A stretch of 20,000 bases of DNA from Savitreella phatthalungensis. Taxonomy: Eukaryota. The position numbers and the translations under genes were made by a program. This document shows positions 9,479 through 18,186 of the stretch, in pieces; within the stretch, counting starts at the first letter, position 1; every line of letters begins with the position of its first letter. Where the stretch lies: NCBI GenBank assembly GCA_051599415.1, contig AP039715.1:484892-504891 (forward strand). The letters run 5' to 3'. The notes under the pieces were generated by a model. That model had not been told where the DNA came from. It searched no databases and saw only the letters and a program-made list of their open reading frames with translations.

Positions 9479-10906
9479 ATGGCGACGGCAACGAAGCGCG
9501 GTCTGCCAGAGGAGGCTGTCGTTAGGAGTGTAAGAAAAGCGCATCGAAGGAAAATCAAGCTGCCGAGCTTAGCTGAGCAGATCATTGACGCGGACATTGA
9601 GCTTTATCGAAGGTCCACACTTTCGGCGGTGTCTGGGGAAGCGACTCCAGCTCTGGAGAACTTCGCAGAAGTGGAGCTCTTGATTGATGTATTGACAGCG
9701 ACGGCTGTCGGTCTCGGCAACTCTGGCGGATTCCCAATCATGGTGCCCTTCACGCTGCCTGGGGATCGCGTGAGAGCCAAAATATACCGCATAGATCATG
9801 TGCTTCAGGTTGCCTATGCTGATTTTGTCCGGGTGATAGATCCATCACCGCATCGACGCGACGATCTGGTCAGATGCAAGCATTTCACACGATGCTCGGG
9901 CTGCCAGCTGCAGATGCTCGCGTACGGCGAGCAGCTCGAACACAAGCGGCGCGTGATTCGCGAGGCCTATCGACAGCATTTCGACGCCGGTGACTCGCGT
10001 GTTCCGGATGTTCTGGAGACGCGCGGTAGCCCCTTGGAATACGCATACAGAACTAAAATCACACCGCACTTCGACAAATCGGCTGCAGGTGCACGGTCCC
10101 AACTATCACGCGACATCGGATTCAATGAGAGTGGCCGCAGACGTGTTCTAGACATCGAGGAGTGCCCAATTGCCACGGCCACCGTCCAAACAGGCCTCAT
10201 ATTAGAGCGCCGGCGAATCCTCGATGCATGGGACGACTTCAAACGCGGTGCGACCCTGCTATTACGCGAGTCCGATGCAGACAGTGGAGGCTTGAAGTGT
10301 ATAACAAGGCCGAAGGATATCGCAACGGTTTCCTTCGACGGGTTCAAGTTTCAATTCCCGGCTGGCGAATTTTTCCAGAACAATAGCGCAATTCTGCCAG
10401 GCCTGACGAGCTACGTGCGGGACAATATCGGCGATGCCAAGTATTTGGTCGACGCTTACTGTGGCTCGGGCCTCTTTTCCGTCACTTGCAGCTCAGGATG
10501 CGAGGCCGTGGCTGGCGTCGAGATCTCGCACGAGAGCGTCAGCTGGGCTCGGAAGAATGCTCTCCTGAATGGCGTCAAGAACGCAGAGTTCCTGGTTGGA
10601 GAAGCCGAACAGCTATTCAAGACTATCACTTTCCCGGCAGACGAGACTGTTATTGTCATCGACCCTCCGCGGAAAGGCTGCGATATGGCGTTCATCGAGC
10701 AACTCATGGCTTTCTCCCCGACACGAATAATCTATGTGTCTTGTTGCGTGCACACGCAAGCGAGAGATCTCGCCAGAATCGCCGAACATTCGCCAAACAA
10801 GTACATTATCGAGTCGATTCGCGGTTTTGACTTGTTTCCGCAGACCCATCATGTTGAGTCCGTTGCTGTACTGAAAAAATCTCCGATCGAGAGTGGTGCG
10901 CCATAG
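9479..10906 (+). CDS. TRM2: tRNA (uracil-54-C5)-methyltransferase (TrmA/RlmD family), ~475 aa; in-frame upstream ATGs at 9341 and 9362
   Basis: TRAM-like VPFTLPGDRVRAKI, CKHFTRCSGCQLQ, YRTKITPHF, DIEECPIA, FFQNN, SAM motif LVDAYCGSGLF, DPPRKGC, YVSC, FDLFPQTHHVE. Confidence 0.92.
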   Translation: MATATKRGLPEEAVVRSVRKAHRRKIKLPSLAEQIIDADIELYRRSTLSAVSGEATPALENFAEVELLIDVLTATAVGLGNSGGFPIMVPFTLPGDRVRAKIYRIDHVLQVAYADFVRVIDPSPHRRDDLVRCKHFTRCSGCQLQMLAYGEQLEHKRRVIREAYRQHFDAGDSRVPDVLETRGSPLEYAYRTKITPHFDKSAAGARSQLSRDIGFNESGRRRVLDIEECPIATATVQTGLILERRRILDAWDDFKRGATLLLRESDADSGGLKCITRPKDIATVSFDGFKFQFPAGEFFQNNSAILPGLTSYVRDNIGDAKYLVDAYCGSGLFSVTCSSGCEAVAGVEISHESVSWARKNALLNGVKNAEFLVGEAEQLFKTITFPADETVIVIDPPRKGCDMAFIEQLMAFSPTRIIYVSCCVHTQARDLARIAEHSPNKYIIESIRGFDLFPQTHHVESVAVLKKSPIESGAP

Positions 10907-10997
10907 CTTAGTCAATTTTCTTTGTACACCCGCGATATTCTACCATTATCGAGACATCTGCCAAATCACGTGGATCGTCATTTGATCGATCCCGGGC

Positions 10998-11005
10998 GCG
11001 TCGCA
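10998..11005 (+). promoter_or_regulatory. GYGTCGCA candidate promoter motif upstream of ARP3
   Basis: CGCGTCGCAATT at 10997-11008; its exact reverse complement occurs at 12460-12471. Confidence 0.55.
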
Positions 11006-11095
11006 ATTGATTAAATAGGCGTCATCAACGGTGCTTGGAGGAAAGCGCCCACGCAAGGTCATCGCAAATTGTGACAGAGAGTCTCCGCAAGAGCC

Positions 11096-12443
11096 ATGGC
11101 GCCGGCTCTTCCACCGGTGATTATGGACAACGGGGTAAGTTTCGTCCGCCAGCGCAATGATGGGAATACGCGACTGACAATGGTAGACTGGCCTGACCAA
11201 ACTAGGGTTCGCTGGTAACGACAGTCCGAGCTTCGTCTTTCCAACCGTGATTGCAACGAAAGGTCCTGGCAGTGCAAATGGTCCAACGAAACCATCAAAG
11301 CCTTCATTCCTGTCAGGCGGGTCTAGTGGCACCGGTAATCTCGCTTCTAAGCGTGGCACGGAGGATCTAGACTTCTACATTGGCAATGAAGCTTTGGCAC
11401 AGAACACTGGCAGCAGTGCCTATGGACTAAGCTATCCTATAAGACATGGTCAAATTGAAAATTGGGATCATATGGAGCGTTTTTGGCAGGAATCAATCTT
11501 CAAGTATCTTCGTGTCGAGCCGGAAGACCACCATTTCCTGCTCACGGAGCCGCCCCTCAATCCGCCGGAGAATCGTGAGAACACAGCAGAAATCATGTTC
11601 GAATCTTTCAACTGCCAAGGACTTTACATCGCCGTGCAGGCTGTACTTGCTCTAGCAGCATCCTGGGTCTCCGCCAAATCAAAGGACAGGTCGCTGACAG
11701 GAACAGTGATCGACTCCGGTGACGGCGTAACACACGTCATTCCTGTGGCCGAAGGCTACGTCATTGGGTCCGCGATCAAGAACATCCCAATTGCCGGGCG
11801 CGATATCACCCATTTTGTGCAGTCGCTGCTGCGCGATCGAAATGAGCCTGATACGACGCTCAAGACGGCCGAGAGCATCAAGGAGAATTACTCGTACGTT
11901 TGTCAGGACATCGTACAGGAATTCAACAAATACGACGCCGATCCGCAGAAGTTCCGCCAGTACGTCGTAGACTACCCCAACAAGCCCGCAGCTACAGTCG
12001 ATGTTGGCTATGAGCAATTCCTGGCACCCGAGATCTTCTTCAATCCGGAGATAGCTTCGTCAGACTACCTGACGCCGCTGCCGGAAGTCGTCGATGGGGT
12101 CATCCAATCTTCGCCGATCGACGTACGCAGGGGTCTCTACCGGAATATTGTCCTGAGCGGCGGCAGCACAATGTTCACGAACTTTGGCCGCCGTCTGCAG
12201 CGCGATATCAAGCAACTCGTCGACGAGCGAATTAGCCGATCGGAGCAGCGCAGCGGCGCAAAGTCCGGCGGACTCGAAGTTCAGGTCATTTCACACAAGA
12301 AGCAGAAACATGCAGTGTGGTACGGCGGCAGCCTACTTGCGTCCACTGCGGAATTCCACACATATTGTCACACGAAAGCCGACTATGAGGAATATGGCCC
12401 ATCTATTTGTCGTCGCTACCAGATATTTGGATCGTCTTTATAG
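11096..12443 (+). CDS. ARP3: Actin-related protein 3; join(11096..11134,11187..12443), 431 aa
   Basis: Splicing restores the actin-fold N-terminus [66 protein letters not shown]-terminal [16 protein letters not shown]. Confidence 0.97.
11135..11186 (+). other. Spliceosomal intron of ARP3 (52 nt)
   Basis: GTAAGT donor, ACTGAC branch point, TAG acceptor; frame restored. Confidence 0.93.
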
Positions 12444-12462
12444 GAAAAAGAATGCAAGAAAT

Positions 12463-12470
12463 TGCGACGC
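12463..12470 (-). promoter_or_regulatory. GYGTCGCA candidate promoter motif (overlapping ACGCGT) in the 57-bp ARP3-CCT6 gap
   Basis: AATTGCGACGCGT on +, 30 nt before the CCT6 ATG. Confidence 0.55.
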
Positions 12471-12500
12471 GTTCGACTTTTACCATACTCATCCTTCTCG

Positions 12501-14179
12501 ATGTCTGTTCAGCTCTTGAACCCCAAGGCTGAGACTGTGCGGCGTGATCAGGCCTTGCAAGTGAACATCAGCGCTGCCAAAGGCTTGCAGGATGTCCTGC
12601 GGTCCAATTTGGGCCCAAAGGGGACTATCAAGATGTGAGTTTGACTCTTGCAGCATTTTCACCCCTGAGATGGCACGACTGACCCATTGATGATAGGCTG
12701 GTCGACGGTTCTGGTAATCTGAAGCTTACGAAGGACGGTAAAGTCTTGCTGACGGAAATGCAAATCACCAATCCGACCGCCTCGATGATCGCTAAGGCCG
12801 CGACAGCGCAAGATGACATTACTGGCGATGGCACGACCTCGGTCTGCGTGCTTGTCGGAGAGCTACTCAAGCAGGCAGAGCGCTACATACAGGAAGGTTT
12901 ACATCCGTCACTAGTCGTCGAAGGATTCGACCGCGCGAAGCAGGAGTCCGCCAAATTTCTCGACAGCTTCAAGATCGAGCGCCAAATCGACCGCGAGTTG
13001 TTAGTCTCGGTCGCGCGCACATCACTGTCGACCAAGATCGCACAGAATCTTGTTGAGGGCCTCGCTCCCTCAATTGTCGACGCCGTTTTGGCCATTCGTC
13101 GCGAGAACGAGCCAATCGATCTTCACATGGTCGAGATCATGAAAATGCAGCATCGTTCATCGGCTGAGACGCAGCTCATTCGAGGCTTGCTCCTTGACCA
13201 TGGGGCGCGACATCCAGACATGCCGAAAAAGGTGAAGGATGCATTTGTACTCACCTTGAACGTTTCACTTGAATACGAGAAGTCTGAGATCAACTCAGGG
13301 TTCTTCTACTCTAGTGCAGAGCAGCGCGAGAAGCTCGTCGAGTCAGAGCGCCGCTTCGTCGATGCTAAGCTTCAGAAGATTGTCGAGCTCAAGAAAGGGG
13401 TCTGCAGGAAGGAGACCGACGGTTTCGTCATCATCAATCAGAAGGGTATCGATCCCATGTCACTTGATGTGCTGGCCAAGAATGGCATCGTTGCTCTCCG
13501 CAGAGCCAAGCGCCGCAACATGGAGCGTCTCCAGCTCGTATGTGGTGGCACTGCGCAAAATAGCGTCGACGACCTCAGGCCCGAGGTGCTCGGCTTCGCA
13601 GGCAGTGTGTACGAACAAGTTCTAGGCGAAGATAAGTACACCTTTGTCGAAGATGTCAAAGATCCCAGATCCGTCACACTACTCATTCGTGGCCCAAACG
13701 CGCATACAATGGCACAAATTCAAGATGCTGTACGCGATGGGCTACGGGCAGTCAAGAACGCTATTGAGGATAAGTGCGTCGTACCTGGTGCCGGCGCGTT
13801 CCACGTGGCTTGTGCCCAACACCTCCAAGAATTCAAGCTCAAGGGAGTCAAGGGCAAGGCAAAGATGGGTGTGCAGGCTTTCGCAGATGCTCTCCTCATC
13901 GTGCCGAAGACGCTGGCCGCGAACGGTGGGTATGATGCTCAGGATGCTCTCGTCGCACTCCAGGAAGAGGCTGCCGAGGGTCACGTTGCCGGCATTGACC
14001 TCGCGTCTGGAGAGCCTTTCGACCCCGTAGCAGCAGGCATCTATGACAATTACAGGGTCATTCGTCATATGCTTCACTCATGCGCAGTCATCGCCAGCAA
14101 TCTCTTGTCAGTCGACGAAATTCTGCGCGCCGGACGGAGCAGTCTGAAGCCCGAACAGTCCACAGTTCCAGGCATGTAG
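12501..14179 (+). CDS. CCT6: Chaperonin CCT/TRiC subunit zeta; join(12501..12634,12697..14179), 538 aa
   Basis: [11 protein letters not shown]...[80 protein letters not shown]. Confidence 0.97.
12635..12696 (+). other. Spliceosomal intron of CCT6 (62 nt)
   Basis: GTGAGT donor, ACTGAC branch point, TAG acceptor; AT|G rejoins a Met codon in frame. Confidence 0.93.
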
Positions 14180-14218
14180 TGGATCATGAAAACGACATCT
14201 CTTATTTCCTCTCTCCTC

Positions 14219-16444
14219 CTATGATCGCAATTCCGCGTCCGCACGTCGCATTGGATGGGCCTCGGTATTCAGAACGAAGCGGTCGAGCGAGACGCTGTCG
14301 AAGTCGTCGAATAAAAGGTAGAAGTATTTCAGCGTCTCAGCGAACCAGAAGCTCTCGCAGGAGTCGCGCAATCGCACTCCTGCAGACTCTTCGTCAACTC
14401 CATCGATTGCCGAGTGACCGGAAACTGCGCGCGTGGCAGCGTCCACGGCCTGCCACATCTTCCAACCTTTGTCCTGCCAGGAAGAATCGCCAGTGATGCG
14501 ATACATATACCAGACCGACTCAATTGCCTCTGGTCGAAGCTGGTAAGCGGCATCGATGACGCGCTCTATTGGTTTAGGTTCGTGCAAGGCTGGCCTGCGG
14601 GTCGACACTCGAGTGCCGGCTGGGTGCACCCCTCGTGCGGCGTCCTTTGTTAAGCGAGCAGCCACGCTCTCATCGCGCCGATCGAGATCGAGCTGCGCCT
14701 TTTCTTTTCGGTAGGGCGCGATTACGTCTTCCTCCCACGAGCAATGCGTGCCGTTGATGCATTCACGCATAGCAAAAATCTCGGGAGCGATGCCCGTTTG
14801 CGTATTTCCGTAGGCCCACACGCAGCCTTGGCTGAGCTCCTTGCCAATTTCAACATCGCCATCAAGCTCAAAGACCTTACCACCCATGCCGAACATCCCG
14901 CCGACAAAGCACGTCAAGTGTTCCATCACGGGGTAAAACACCGCCGGCTGGCCGATGGAGGCGTCGATGTGGCCAGACAGGAGCATCGCTTCGTTCTCAT
15001 CGGGCACGAGCGGTCGGAAGAGTAGCCATTTTCGCGCGGCATCGATGCTCTTTTCGTAAAGGCGGCGATACTGCGTAGCAGCCTTGGCTCCGCCCAGCAG
15101 AAGATACATCTTGGTGAAGTATTCAAATGTCGAGTCGGCCATCGCTCCGAGCGAGTAAACTTCGGTGTTATCCCACGGAACTGGCTTGATTCCTTGCGGT
15201 TCGCAGGCCTTCGTCTGTCCAGGGCCTGTGTTGGGAGCGCAGCCGCTGACATCAATGAATGTCGGCCACAAGCCTTCTATCGTCATAGCCGGGATAGACT
15301 CTTCGAGCGCATCCGTCACGCGTTGGATCGCATCCCACAGGCGGTCGCCTTGTTCGCCACCGATAATTTGCGCCAATCGTGTGAATTCCACGCTCAATGA
15401 GCCGACCTCCGCCATGACCGCGTTTCGCGGTCCATAAAGGGTATTCTGGGCCGTCATTTGCAGGCGATAATCGTAGTGAGTCATTGGCAATCGACTCGGC
15501 GTGTCGAATGCGCCGTACAGTACTTGGCCGAGTTTACCGGCCTGATCCACCAAAATCTTGTCGTCCCGACCTCTCTCCGCTGCCATATCATAGGCTCCGA
15601 GTAAACCGCCCACATAGCGAATGGTCGTCTCGAACAACGGAATTTCCTTTTTATCAGTGTATGTGAAGTCAATGCCTTTCACGGCTGCAAGAGCCTCTTC
15701 ATACTCGTCCATGAGATTCATGATGATAAGAGTGTCCAACGCATCAACCAATGTCGCGCCCCACCCGCCGAATGGATCCTTGGTGCCATTACTCACAGGC
15801 TTAATCTCGTCGTGCATCCACGCGAACTTGGCATATGAGAGCCAGTCGCGCTTCATCGTGTCACGCACAACGTCGCGGCGTCGAAGTCGCTCTGTCCGCT
15901 CGGTTTTGCTCTCGCTCTTTTGCGGATTCTTACCAGCCTGAATGCGCGGAATGGCCTTGGAAGTATCCCTCGGCAAGGGCAACACCTTCTTGACTGGGAA
16001 TCGTTCCTCACGCCCGAGCGGAAATTTGACATGATCCTTAATGCGAATTGCTTTTTGCTCGTCGTCGGGCAAGCCGGAGGCCTGACGGTCTTCCTGCTCA
16101 TCAGAATGTGGTCGCTGTTCGAGCTCTGTAATTTCGTCTCCGCTTTGAGGTCGCTGAGGTCGGGGACGTGATGTAGCCGGCTCGGTCAATCGTCCGTGTT
16201 CCGCTGGTGATTTGTGTTCCGTCGGTCGCTGCGGTACGCGTGACGACGCCGCAGGTTGCTCGTCTACTGGTGTGCTAGCTTTTCCTTTCGCAGCCTCGCT
16301 AGATGAATGTGTCAGCCGATCAAAGGATGCATATCGGTTGCGCAAGTCGTCGCTCGACTGCAGACTCGTGTAGAGCACGACAACAATGATCGCGGCCAAG
16401 AGTAGCCATCGATAACGCACTCGCCGTGCGAGGCCCGTCACCAT
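14219..16444 (-). CDS. Class I alpha-1,2-mannosidase (GH47), type II membrane protein, ~741 aa
   Basis: N-terminal TM anchor (RWLLLAAIIVVVLY), low-complexity stem, then HDEIKPVS, GWGATLVDALDTL, FETTIRYVGGLLGAY, SLGAMADSTFEY, MEHLTCFVGG, YQLRPEAIES, ESFWFAETLKYFYLLF, NTEAHP. Confidence 0.95.
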   Translation of the reverse strand: MVTGLARRVRYRWLLLAAIIVVVLYTSLQSSDDLRNRYASFDRLTHSSSEAAKGKASTPVDEQPAASSRVPQRPTEHKSPAEHGRLTEPATSRPRPQRPQSGDEITELEQRPHSDEQEDRQASGLPDDEQKAIRIKDHVKFPLGREERFPVKKVLPLPRDTSKAIPRIQAGKNPQKSESKTERTERLRRRDVVRDTMKRDWLSYAKFAWMHDEIKPVSNGTKDPFGGWGATLVDALDTLIIMNLMDEYEEALAAVKGIDFTYTDKKEIPLFETTIRYVGGLLGAYDMAAERGRDDKILVDQAGKLGQVLYGAFDTPSRLPMTHYDYRLQMTAQNTLYGPRNAVMAEVGSLSVEFTRLAQIIGGEQGDRLWDAIQRVTDALEESIPAMTIEGLWPTFIDVSGCAPNTGPGQTKACEPQGIKPVPWDNTEVYSLGAMADSTFEYFTKMYLLLGGAKAATQYRRLYEKSIDAARKWLLFRPLVPDENEAMLLSGHIDASIGQPAVFYPVMEHLTCFVGGMFGMGGKVFELDGDVEIGKELSQGCVWAYGNTQTGIAPEIFAMRECINGTHCSWEEDVIAPYRKEKAQLDLDRRDESVAARLTKDAARGVHPAGTRVSTRRPALHEPKPIERVIDAAYQLRPEAIESVWYMYRITGDSSWQDKGWKMWQAVDAATRAVSGHSAIDGVDEESAGVRLRDSCESFWFAETLKYFYLLFDDFDSVSLDRFVLNTEAHPMRRADAELRS

Positions 16445-16472
16445 GCTCGTTGCTTCGTCGGCAGATGATTGC

Positions 16473-16480
16473 GCGTCGCA
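16473..16480 (+). promoter_or_regulatory. GYGTCGCA candidate promoter motif 28 nt upstream of the GH47 ATG
   Basis: GCGTCGCA on +, i.e. TGCGACGC on the gene's sense strand; same orientation and spacing as at CCT6. Confidence 0.55.
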
Positions 16481-17151
16481 CTTGGGCGCTTGTGTTAATA
16501 TCGTGGGCCACGCAGCGATGCGCGTAGCTTCGCACACGTCCGCCTCGACTAGTTCGCGCCAGAGTTCTCCGGCAGGCCTGGAATTTAAGCATATCGAGAC
16601 TAATTACCGCCGAAATTGGAAAAGATCGTTTCTGAAAGATGGGGAACATGCACGTATCACCACTATATGAAGGTCTGATCACACTTGCCGCAGAATTGTA
16701 TCATGGATGCGCACGATTAAAGCTGCACGCGACCTGGACTCATTGCCAAACATTGGGAATAGCCTTTGACCCTTGAAACAAACATAAACATGCGACCTGC
16801 GCAGTCTGCATGTGGCCAATCGCAACGTCGTGCGGGAGGAGATGGAACTTTGTTCCGGCAACTTGCTACTCCCATGGATTTGCGGGCGCAACCCTGCGTC
16901 ATCAGCGCTGAAAGAAAAGAGCCTCGAAGGCCAAAGTATCGGATATGTTGCAGTGCAGGCACATTTGAGCATGCTTAATAGCCTATTTCAATACAGTCAA
17001 CTCCATTGGCAGAGCTAGTGATTGTGCGCGTCAGCTGTGGTTGTACTGGGCTTCAAACGAAGATTGTGTGGACCGGGTTGGCTGATCGTAGCCGGCTTGC
17101 AGCGGAAGTGCCAGCATTCCTAAGGCACGCACAAGGAAAGAGAACCTGTCT

Positions 17152-17218
17152 CAGTCAAACACCCTACTCATGACCCGTCGAACACCCTACTCATGGCCAG
17201 TCGAACCCTACTCATGAC
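17152..17218 (+). repeat. Three tandem 21-23-bp units with invariant core ACCCTACTCATG
   Basis: cagtcaaacaccctactcatgac / ccgtcgaacaccctactcatggc / cagtcgaaccctactcatgac. Confidence 0.9.
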
Positions 17219-17219
17219 C

Positions 17220-17821
17220 ATGTCGCTCCATTTTGGGGTTGCGACGTCTTGGGGAGCTCTCTGGCTCGATGCATTGGACGAAATAGCTCGCTTCTCCTTG
17301 CGCCTATTCCTAAATTCCCTCTTGAATATTCAGATAAAGTCGCTACACGTAGAATTGATCACCTTCAAGATTAATCAATTTCACACACGTTTTTTTGTCG
17401 CCTCTTCAAAGGCGCCTTCTCTGTAGGTTGCTTGCTATTTGATGGAATCACTAGCGCTAGCTCTGAAAGTAAGGCAGCTTGATCCTGTGCTCGTGCTCAG
17501 GCTCGATCTTAGCAGCCTTTGCCTTTGCTGCAATCAGTGCCACCTCATATCTGTATAGTCCTTGCCGAGTAAGCCTTTCAGCAAGTCCACTCCTCTAGCC
17601 AGCTGCTGTGCCTTGAAGGCTGCCCTAGGACGCGAGGTCTTGGCCTGCAGGGCTGCTATTGTCTCGTCCCTATCGGCGATCATGAAGTGGTGCTGTTCTG
17701 CAGCTGTTCTCAGTTCATCAATGAGGCGATCTTCTCGTGCATTCTCCGCGAGTGCTAGCTCTTATATATATTCCATTCAAAAATCCCAAGCTGTTTTCAG
17801 CAGCGCCAGATTATAGCCATG
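17220..17821 (-). pseudogene. Possible decayed ORF of unknown family (charged, helical protein-like)
   Basis: Minus-strand translation gives protein-like segments (ELALAENAREDRLIDELRTAAEQHHFMIADRDETIAALQAK...; YEVALIAAKAKAAKIEPE; ATYREGAFEEATKKRV*N*LILKVINS...) broken by several stops and apparent frameshifts. No family recognised. Confidence 0.35.
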
Positions 17822-17822
17822 A

Positions 17823-17876
17823 AGTTAGGGATGAAACACTGCATGGCATCCCTAACTGTAAGTCAACAGTTAGGGA
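17823..17876. repeat. Three alternating TTAGGG-containing motifs forming overlapping 11-bp inverted repeats
   Basis: agttagggatg (17823-33) / catccctaact (17847-57); tccctaactgt (17849-59) / acagttaggga (17866-76). Confidence 0.85.
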
Positions 17877-17878
17877 CG

Positions 17879-17985
17879 AACCAAACTGTAAAACCAAACT
17901 GTAAAACCAAACTGTAAAAACCAAACTGCAAGAACCAAACTGCAAGAACCAAACTGCAAAAACCAAACTGTAAAACCAAACTGCA
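17879..17985 (+). repeat. Subtelomeric minisatellite, ~13-14-bp unit AACCAAACTG(T/C)A(A/G), 8 tandem copies
   Basis: Directly visible; a further copy at ~18014. Confidence 0.95.
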
Positions 17986-18034
17986 TCCAAGACTGCAGCG
18001 CTCCACAGATGTGAACCAAACTGCATCATGAACT

Positions 18035-18143
18035 CTGCATTTTCTGCATTTTCTGCATTCCCTGCATTTCCTGCATTTCACTGCATTCTATGCATTCCCT
18101 GCATTCCGCTGCATTCTATGCATTTGACTGCCTTCTCTGCATC
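18035..18143 (+). repeat. Subtelomeric minisatellite, ~9-bp unit CTGCATTYY, about 12 copies
   Basis: Directly visible ctgcatttt ctgcatttt ctgcattcc ... Confidence 0.95.
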
Positions 18144-18186
18144 TCTCTGTGCCTGAATGTGAAAAAATTTGGCAAAACCCCCTGTA

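Noticed and set aside
12467..12472. ACGCGT as an MCB cell-cycle box (also at 4365)
   Set aside because: Single copies in CpG-rich DNA; better explained as part of the GYGTCGCA motif.
17152..17985. CRISPR-like arrays
   Set aside because: Tandem units without unique spacers, eukaryotic context, no cas genes.
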